Source: Caecitellus pseudoparvulus (taxonomy: Eukaryota > Protista > Bigyra: Bicosoecida). Taken from it: a stretch of DNA of 26,026 nucleotides. The stretch spans positions 1 to 26,026 of the forward strand of contig CBFFRQ010000021.1 of NCBI GenBank assembly GCA_965644315.1. Direction: 5' to 3'. Shown piece by piece: positions 18,927 through 26,026 of the stretch. The notes beneath the pieces were generated by a model. It saw only the letters and a list, made by a program, of their open reading frames with translations. It was not told the DNA's origin and searched no databases. Both the position numbers and the translations under genes were made by a program. Each line of letters opens with the position of its first letter. The stretch's first letter is position 1.

Positions 18927-19776
18927 GCTGGCAAAGGGGACGGTGGTCAAGTACGTTCGCGCGGTTGCTGGCCTGATCAGGGCCGCTCCAGCACCCCGGG
19001 ACAGGGCGCGGACCATGGTGGGCATCTTAACGGGCGGCGTGGCCGCAGGCAGATGGGCCCCCCATCGGGCGAAGCAGATCCTGGCGCAATGGGTCGGTGG
19101 TTTTAGGTATCTGGGCCTGCCAATCCCGTCGCTAGCCCCGCTGGGGCTCACAGTCGGCAGCATCTGCCGGGCAATCCGCCGGCTCCACCGAGGGAGAGGG
19201 GAGCAACACCGCCGCCCTATCAGCAAAGAACAAGTCATGGAGGCCATGAAGCGGGCATGGGACGGGCCACACCTCGGGAGGCATGCCCCAACTGCCGCCG
19301 CAGCTATCTACATCGGCTTTCATGGCATGTGCAGGCCGGGAGAGCTCCGGGGCCTGCGATGGGAGGAGTTGCACTTCGGGCGGGCGGGCCCCCTGCAGTG
19401 GGTGGAGGCCAGGGTCACGGATAAAACGCACCTGAGTGCAAACCGCCACATCCAGGTGGTGCGCCAGGCCGAGTGGGCGGGGGCCTTCGACCGCCTCCGG
19501 GAGCAGGCCCGGGACAAGCGGGGAAGCCTGCTCCCAAGGTGGGCGTGGCTCAGCCTGCAAGGCATCCTGAAGGCTGTAGCGGGCGTGTCCTTGGCCCACC
19601 TGAGACCCGGGGGCAATATGTTCTGGACAGGCCGGGCCCCCGACGTCTTGGTGGAGCACGCGGCGGGCTGGGCGGCTGGCTCCCCCACCCGGGCACGATA
19701 CTACACCCAGGGGGGGGGGGAGGGGGCGAGGCTGTGGCACGAGGCCATGACACCCAGGGGAGGAAGCAAGCATTGA
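18877..19776 (+). CDS. Tyrosine recombinase (YR), 299 aa, overlapping the pol 3' end
   Basis: Catalytic pattern GFHGMCRPGEL (R), DKT (K), AHLRPGG (R), AGW (W), RARYY (Y). Confidence 0.88.
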   Translation: MIRAIPASPISRIHQHRLAKGTVVKYVRAVAGLIRAAPAPRDRARTMVGILTGGVAAGRWAPHRAKQILAQWVGGFRYLGLPIPSLAPLGLTVGSICRAIRRLHRGRGEQHRRPISKEQVMEAMKRAWDGPHLGRHAPTAAAAIYIGFHGMCRPGELRGLRWEELHFGRAGPLQWVEARVTDKTHLSANRHIQVVRQAEWAGAFDRLREQARDKRGSLLPRWAWLSLQGILKAVAGVSLAHLRPGGNMFWTGRAPDVLVEHAAGWAAGSPTRARYYTQGGGEGARLWHEAMTPRGGSKH

Positions 19777-19781
19777 AAAGT

Positions 19782-19930
19782 ATTGGCGGGTGCCGCAAGG
19801 AGGCGTCCCCTCCCCCAAGAGATGCAGCGAGCCCTGGTGGCCGCTGGCATAGAGGGGGGAGGGGACGGCCTCGAGGCGGGCCCAGTTCAATGCATTTCGA
19901 TTGCCACGCACAACGCACCAACACGAGGGA
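19782..19930 (+). repeat. Split direct repeat B1 (149 bp)
   Basis: Identical by eye to 20120-20268. Confidence 0.95.
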
Positions 19931-19933
19931 ACC

Positions 19934-20107
19934 GAGGTTGCCGGCACCCCAGCCGGCAACCATGTTTCCCGGCAGGAGGGGCGGCGGGCAGTCCCACGCT
20001 AGTGGCACAATTGTCCCCCGCCGCCCCAACGCAGAGTAGACGACGGCAGGACCGGGCATGACAAAACCAGTCATTAGCCGGCCTCGTCACTCTCTTTCCT
20101 TTTTTTT
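19934..20107 (+). repeat. Split direct repeat A2
   Basis: Copy of 14448-14621. Confidence 0.95.
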
Positions 20108-20119
20108 TTCTTTTTCTCG

Positions 20120-20268
20120 ATTGGCGGGTGCCGCAAGGAGGCGTCCCCTCCCCCAAGAGATGCAGCGAGCCCTGGTGGCCGCTGGCATAGAGGGGGGAGG
20201 GGACGGCCTCGAGGCGGGCCCAGTTCAATGCATTTCGATTGCCACGCACAACGCACCAACACGAGGGA
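20120..20268 (+). repeat. Split direct repeat B2
   Basis: Copy of 19782-19930; followed by ACC and then host sequence. Confidence 0.95.
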
Positions 20269-20271
20269 ACC

Positions 20272-21545
20272 TCACACCCACCCCCATCCAGTGCCCCCAC
20301 CAGATCACCCACACTGCCACTCCCCACACCCACCACCACAAAGCTCCCTACACCCACACCACCCAGACCCACCCCACACGCCTCCGCCACAGCACACACA
20401 TCCAGCACCCTCACAGCCACGCGCTGCTTCACCTCCAGGCCGACATCGCCCCAAGCTTCATCCTCCAGGAACACTCTTAACGGCCACCCCGCCTCACACT
20501 GCACCTGCACCGTCACACTGCTCCTCTCACCAACCGGCTCATCAGCCCTGCCAGCTCCACAAATGTGTGCCATAGCGACTTTGCGTGGAGTCTGTGCCAT
20601 CCGCGGTAGTCCATGGGCGATGCGAGCTGCTTCGCCACGCTTCACAGCGCCAACACTCGTAGCAAGCGCTGTCGCACCTGCCTCCACACTTGCTGCCCAC
20701 TGCTCCACATCACAAGCTCCACCAACATCCTCATCCACGATCTCGCTCCGTCCACTGTACACACTCACATCCTTGCCGTTCAGGCACTCCAAGCCGCCCG
20801 ACAAGTCCAAGCCACACACAGCCTTCACCCTCCGACCACTCATCACCAGCGCACACCCCAACAGCCCACGCAGCTCCTCCACTGCGCTCGCTGCACACTC
20901 CAAGTGCTTCGCAGCACTTTCACTCCTCAGCTCGCCTGCCGCCTCGCCTCGCAGCCACTCAGCCTGCAGCCGCATGCCAGCCAGAGCCGCATCCGCCGCC
21001 GCCTCGCCACCAGCATCATGCGTGACAGGGCTAACCTCACCAACTACAGCCACATCTGCCACCTCGAAGCCTTGCCACCATCGCGTCAGATCAGCCAGTG
21101 CACCCTCCACGTTCACACCGCTCCGTACATTGCCCCAAGCACCCACAATGGCGCCCCACAGTGCGTCGCCCTCCGGCACTGCATCGGCACTCACACCCGA
21201 CACCGCCTGATGCAGCACATCCACCGCGGTAAAGCACCGGAACGACAGGTACTGCAGCGCAGCACACACACCACCTCGCTCACGCTGCCCCGCCAACAGC
21301 CCAGCCTGCTCCAACAGCGCACTCCCCGCATCACGCAGTGCAGCCTCCAGCTCCACCAGGCTCATGGCCGATGGGGCGTCGCCTGCAGCAGGCGCTTCGC
21401 CACGCCCAATGGCTGCCAGTCCTCGCAGTGCTGGGCCGTGGTCCATGACACTGCCCGGCAAGCACTTCATCTTGCGCAAGCATGCCGCCACAACCTCCGC
21501 CTGTGTGTCGTCAAGACCTGCAGTGGGCGCTGCACTGCCGTCCAT
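20272..21545 (-). pseudogene. Ankyrin-repeat gene copy 3, 5' part (N-terminal region up to ...GGGCE)
   Basis: ORF 19887-21674 matches the paralogues until the insertion, then reads into element repeats B2/A2. Confidence 0.9.
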
Positions 21546-22286
21546 GACTTGTCTTGTTGCTGCTGCCTGAGGCGTTGGGGAGGGGCAGGGCGCTGTGTGC
21601 TGTGGTGTGTGTGCGACACGCTTTGTCGCAAGTGCTGGCGAAAGCGAGGTGCCGTGCCCACATCCACGCACCATGGCGATGGACGGCAGAGGGTCTAGTC
21701 AGGCGTAGCTGTGCTGTAAAGCCGACTCCTGCGGGGTGATGGCAGTGGACGCGTGTGTTGGTGCCGTGGGGAGGCGCTGTCGCAGCTGACGTGTGCGACG
21801 GAGCAACTTCCGCACTTGCACCAGTGCACGCTCACCTGTGGCGGCCAAGACTGGAGACAAGGCACAATGCACGCTGATGTGCAGATGCCCAATGACACCA
21901 CAAGTGAGAGTGGGAAGTGGATGAGGAGCAATTTGATGCAAGATATATGAAGGGTGTCCCGCTCCGCTCGATGCGGTGCCCATCATCCCAGCAAGAAAGG
22001 TGCGGAACTAGCTATCTGGACATCCGCAAGATCCCCGTTCGAGTGCTGACGGGAGCTGCGCCAAGGCGCGGAGTGCGATGGAGGGGGTGGACTCGTGCGC
22101 TCCGAGCAGCGCTGTCCATACACGGCACTGGGCGGGGCAAAACCGCCCGCTTTGCTGTGCCCGCACTTTTGTGTGTAAGGGTTGCGGCCTTGTCGTGTCT
22201 GGCAGTGTGGCTCCGTCACACTTCCTTGCCCACACGATATCCATTGGCGTGGTGGCCCCTGCTCCGCCCCAAGCCACAACAAAGCC

Positions 22287-22711
22287 ATGGCGTTGTCCAG
22301 CGCCTCCATGGGGGCACCCGTCTTCCAACTGGTGCCCCTCGCAGGTGGAACTCTGGCTGTTTCAGGTGGTGGCAGCTCCAAGACTGGCATTGAGAATGCC
22401 CTGGTGCGCAGGCGGGCATTCGACGGCTTCGAGTGGCGTGCAATTTCCGCAACCGCCGCTGCTGTGCTCCACAGACCATGGTGCACGTGGAGAACACCGG
22501 CGCCAACAAAGTGGAGCTGGCGAAAGGCACTGCGTTCCTCTCGGGCAGCACCTTCATCACGCACGTGGCAGTGTCAGAGGACGTGCGTGCCGGCGCAGCC
22601 GACGTGGCAACCACTTTTGCACCTTCCTCGGCGACTTTCGCAGGGTAAGCGCGTGGCAGGGGCGGCTGGAGACAGCATCGTTGTGTTCAACCGCGACGGC
22701 GAGAGTGGCAG
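22287..22711 (+). pseudogene. SEC12: SEC12/PREB-like 5' fragment, copy D; exons 22287-22403, 22475-22582, 22644-22711
   Basis: Colinear with copy A at offset 21269; splice sites conserved. Confidence 0.7.
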
Positions 22712-22723
22712 GTACGGGAGCCG

Positions 22724-23690
22724 GCAGCCAGGTGGCTGGGCGCCGTCCTGAACACCGTGGCAGTGGTGAGCGTGGGGAGCTGCCCCCTGCCGCCTGGCGT
22801 GGCGGCGTGGCTGGCTGGGGATGAGCGCCACTTCGCCCTGGCCCGGGCAGCCTGTGTGCAGCTGGCGGACGGGGCACTGAGCAGGGAGCAGGGCACGGCT
22901 CTGGCGCCGGTGCTGCTGTTCACGGTGGTGGGGCTGTACGCCACGACGCCGCCCAGCTCCCGCAACACCATCCCGCCCCACCTCGCCCAGCGCACTGCTC
23001 GCTTGGCCGGCAAGTGCACCCTGCTCGTGGGTGGCGTGGAGGTGGTGGGCGGCAAGGCGGTGCAGCGTGACAGCCCGCCCTCCACACACACCGCCCACGA
23101 CGACGACGGCGGTGCGCGGGACCCGCTGTTCTGGCTGCTGCAGCGCCTCAGCAACACGGCAGTGCAGCAGGGTGGGCCGGCGGCCACCACGGCGCTGAAC
23201 GTGTTCGGTGCCATGGCTGGGCAGGTGCCGCAGGCAGACCTGCAGCGCTACGAGGTGCCGGTGGCGCGGGCAGTGTTCCGCACTGTGCAGGCGGCAGAGC
23301 ACGTGGCCAGTGACCCCCGCCTGGCACCGACGCGCCATCTTGGTCAGAGCAAGCACAGCAGGCGGCTGCTGCAGCAGAGGCAGGCGCCTTGGCGTGGGAG
23401 GTCATGGAGGGTGTGCAGGGTGCCATGGGCGCAGATGTGTTCCTGACGGCGTACAACGGCGAGCGGCGGGCCAGGGCGGCGGCGAAGGAGCGGCGGGCGA
23501 AGCAGGTGGTGCAGTAGGCGGTGGTGAACCCGGCAGCAGCTGCCGCACGCCCGAGTCGGAAGTCACAGGCGAAGAATCGCCACGTGGCGATGCGCATGGA
23601 CAAGCTGAAGGTGGTGCGTAGGCGGTGGTGGGAAGGGCTGGAAGCGGGTGTGGGAGGCGTTGGTGCGGTGCGGAGGGGAGTGCAGTGAAG
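22724..23690 (+). pseudogene. UTP20: UTP20-like C-terminal fragment, copy D, frameshift plus stop
   Basis: +2 insertion near 23325 and TAG at 23515-23517 relative to copy A. Confidence 0.7.
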
Positions 23691-23859
23691 GTGAGGGGGC
23701 GTGGGGTGCGTGGGAATGGTGATGAGGTGTGATGCGGTGTGGTGTGTGCGGTGGAATGTGGTGCGGTATGGGCAGAGGTGGAGGTGGGGCAGGTGTGCTG
23801 GTCTTAGGTGCGTGTCAGGTTTGTCGAATGGTGCATTGGTCTGTGCTTGGTGCATGGGA

Positions 23860-26026
23860 TCAAATCAACTCCTTCAAGCTCTCAAACTTGGTGGCTTCCT
23901 GCCGCACACTGTCTGGGATCTTGCGATCACCAGTCAGGCCCAACAGCTCACGCACGATATCTGTGTGGCCATTGCCGCATGCCACTCGGAAGGCGGCCTC
24001 AGGTCCACCCCGAGCCGCCGCATGCACATCCACCTCCCGCGCCCCAGTCAGGCCCAGCAGCATACGCACGATGTCTGTGTGGCCATTGACGCATGCCCCT
24101 CGGAAGCCAGCCTCAGGTCCAGCCCCATCCGCCGCATGCACATCCACCTCCCGCGCCCCGCTCAGGCCCAGCAGCTCACGCACGATGTCTGTGTGGCCCT
24201 TGGTGCATGCCCATCGGAAGGCAGCCTCAGGCCCATACCCATCCGCCGCGTGCACATCCACCTCCCGCGCCCCAGTGAGGCCCAGCAGCTCACGCACGAT
24301 GTCCGTGCGGCCCCAGCGGCATGCCACTCGGAAGGCGGCCTCAGGTCCACGCTCATCTGCCGCGTGCACATCCACCTCCCGCGCCCCAGTCAGGCCCAAC
24401 AGCTCACGCACGATGTCTGTGCGGCCCCTGGCGCATGCCACTCGGAAAGCGGCCTCAGGGCCCTTTCTATAGAACCTAAGCCTCACCTCAACTCTTCCTT
24501 CCACATGCACATCCACTGCCTCATCCCCCGTCAATGACAGCAACTCGCGCACTCTCGCAAGCTCCCCATCCTCGCACGCTGCTACAAACGCTGTGGTGTT
24601 CTCCTCGCTGAACTTCACTTGCTCGGCAGCAACCTCCGACTCTGTAGCCGGTACAGCCTCTGCGTCAGCTGTCTCCGCCTGCCCTGCCGCATCAGCTGCA
24701 TGCTCACCATCAAGCACACCCCGCACAGCACTTTCCACACCCTCCAGACGTCCCACTCCACCCCCACTTCCTTCACATGCCATGGCATATGCACCCATGC
24801 AGCAACCACTCCCTCCCCGCCCCAACACCTCCAACGCGCTCGACAGTGCACGCTCATCACCTTCGCCGCTGCCCACAAAGCTCGACACTACGCCCGATCC
24901 GCCACCCAACGCACCACCTCCTACACCAAGCACCTGACACAGCACACCCAACACACCATCACCCTCACCACCACGGCAGCCGCCATCAGAGCTACCTGTG
25001 CCCCACACACCGCCACATGCACTCAACACCACCTCACACCCACCCCCATCCAGTGCGCCCACCAGATCACCCACACTGCCACTCCCCACACCCACCACCA
25101 CAAAGCTCCCCACACCCATACCACTCACATCCACCCCACATGCCTCCGCCACAGCACACACACCCAGTACCCGCACAGCCACGCGCTGCTTCACATCCAG
25201 CCCAACATCGCCCCACGCTTCATCCTCCAGGAACGCCCTCAGCGGCCACCCCGCCTCACACTGCACCTGCACTGTGACACTGCTCCTCTCACCACTTGGC
25301 TCATCAGCTCGGCCACCAATGACTCCATGTGCGAGTGCTGCTCTGCGTGGTGTCTGCGCCATCCGCGGTAGTCCATGCGCGATGCGAGTCGCTTCGCCAC
25401 GCTTCACAGCGCCAACACTCGTGGCAAGCGCCCTCGCACCCGCCTCCACACTCCCTGCCCACTGCCCCACATCCACAGCTCCACCCACATCCTCATCCAC
25501 GATCTCAACCCGCCCACTGTACACACTCACACCCTTGCCGTTCAGGCACTCCAAGCCGCCCGACAAGTCCAACCCGCCCACAGCCTTCACCTTCCGACCA
25601 CTCATCACCGGCGCACACCCCAACAGCCCACGCAGCTCCTCCACTGCGCTCGCTGCACACTCCAGTTGCTCCGCAGCTCTCTCACTCCTCAGCTCACCTG
25701 CCGCCTCGCCTCGCAGCCACTCAGCCTGCTGCCGCATGCCAGCTAGAGCCGCATCCATCGCTGCCTCGCCACCGGCATCATGTGTGACGGGCCCACCCCC
25801 ACCAGCCACATCTACATCGGCCACCTCAAAGCCTTGCCACCATCGCGTCAGGTCAGCCAGCGCACCCTCCACGTTCACACCGCTCCGTACACTGCCCCAA
25901 GCACCCACAATGGCGCCCCACAGTGCTTCGCCCTCCGGCACTGCATCAACACTCACACCAGATGCCGCTTGATGAAGCACATCCACCGCGCAGAAGCACC
26001 GAAATGACAGGTACTGCAGCGCAGCA
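23860..26026 (-). CDS. Ankyrin-repeat protein copy 4 (5' end beyond the window); cap plus 5 repeats
   Basis: Open frame paralogous to copies 1-3, running to the right edge. Confidence 0.88.
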   Translation of the reverse strand, partial: AALQYLSFRCFCAVDVLHQAASGVSVDAVPEGEALWGAIVGAWGSVRSGVNVEGALADLTRWWQGFEVADVDVAGGGGPVTHDAGGEAAMDAALAGMRQQAEWLRGEAAGELRSERAAEQLECAASAVEELRGLLGCAPVMSGRKVKAVGGLDLSGGLECLNGKGVSVYSGRVEIVDEDVGGAVDVGQWAGSVEAGARALATSVGAVKRGEATRIAHGLPRMAQTPRRAALAHGVIGGRADEPSGERSSVTVQVQCEAGWPLRAFLEDEAWGDVGLDVKQRVAVRVLGVCAVAEACGVDVSGMGVGSFVVVGVGSGSVGDLVGALDGGGCEVVLSACGGVWGTGSSDGGCRGGEGDGVLGVLCQVLGVGGGALGGGSGVVSSFVGSGEGDERALSSALEVLGRGGSGCCMGAYAMACEGSGGGVGRLEGVESAVRGVLDGEHAADAAGQAETADAEAVPATESEVAAEQVKFSEENTTAFVAACEDGELARVRELLSLTGDEAVDVHVEGRVEVRLRFYRKGPEAAFRVACARGRTDIVRELLGLTGAREVDVHAADERGPEAAFRVACRWGRTDIVRELLGLTGAREVDVHAADGYGPEAAFRWACTKGHTDIVRELLGLSGAREVDVHAADGAGPEAGFRGACVNGHTDIVRMLLGLTGAREVDVHAAARGGPEAAFRVACGNGHTDIVRELLGLTGDRKIPDSVRQEATKFESLKELI
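23927..24590 (-). repeat. 114-bp coding tandem repeat array, copy 4 (5 units plus cap)
   Basis: Same 114-bp unit. Confidence 0.93.

Larger units (their letters stand above)
14448..20271 (+). mobile_element. Tyrosine-recombinase (DIRS order) retrotransposon, Ngaro-like, with split direct repeats A1-[ORFs]-B1-A2-B2; 5824 bp including one ACC
   Basis: Gag-like, RT/RNase H and YR ORFs; split direct repeats; no methyltransferase seen. Both ends are defined exactly by empty sites in paralogous units (caacaccACCtcacaccc, about 4546-4563). Confidence 0.92.
1..26026. repeat. Tandem segmental array; unit junctions near 1450, 7002, 11650 and 22719 (units 5552, 4648 and 5245 bp without the TE)
   Basis: Colinear near-identical blocks; length differences come mostly from ankyrin repeat number. 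Confidence 0.93.

Noticed and set aside
14448-20271. LTR retrotransposon, DIRS1-type or PAT-type element, or prophage integrase island
   Set aside because: No DDE integrase, protease or LTR pair. The repeats are split direct rather than inverted with an ICR, no methyltransferase follows RNase H, and no phage genes are present.

Overview
GC-rich eukaryotic DNA, judged by short GT-AG introns and SEC12/UTP20-like fragments; the organism cannot be named from sequence alone. The window is a tandem segmental array of 4.6-5.6 kb units. Each unit carries an intronless minus-strand gene (about 540 aa unrecognised N-terminal region plus C-terminal 38-aa ankyrin-like repeats), a plus-strand 3-exon 5' fragment of a SEC12/PREB-like WD40 gene, and, fused to it, a decaying 3' fragment of a UTP20-like gene. 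Five ankyrin-gene copies are visible, two cut by the window edges. They differ in repeat number (12/4/10/5 plus a cap repeat), keep a near-invariant scaffold with hypervariable DARPin-equivalent positions, and each has its own fixed-length 14-aa loop. This looks like a diversifying binding/receptor library (inference). One copy is split by a recent 5.8 kb Ngaro-type tyrosine-recombinase retrotransposon (A1-gag-pol-YR-B1-A2-B2) integrated through a 3-bp ACC core. All alignments and counts were done by eye.
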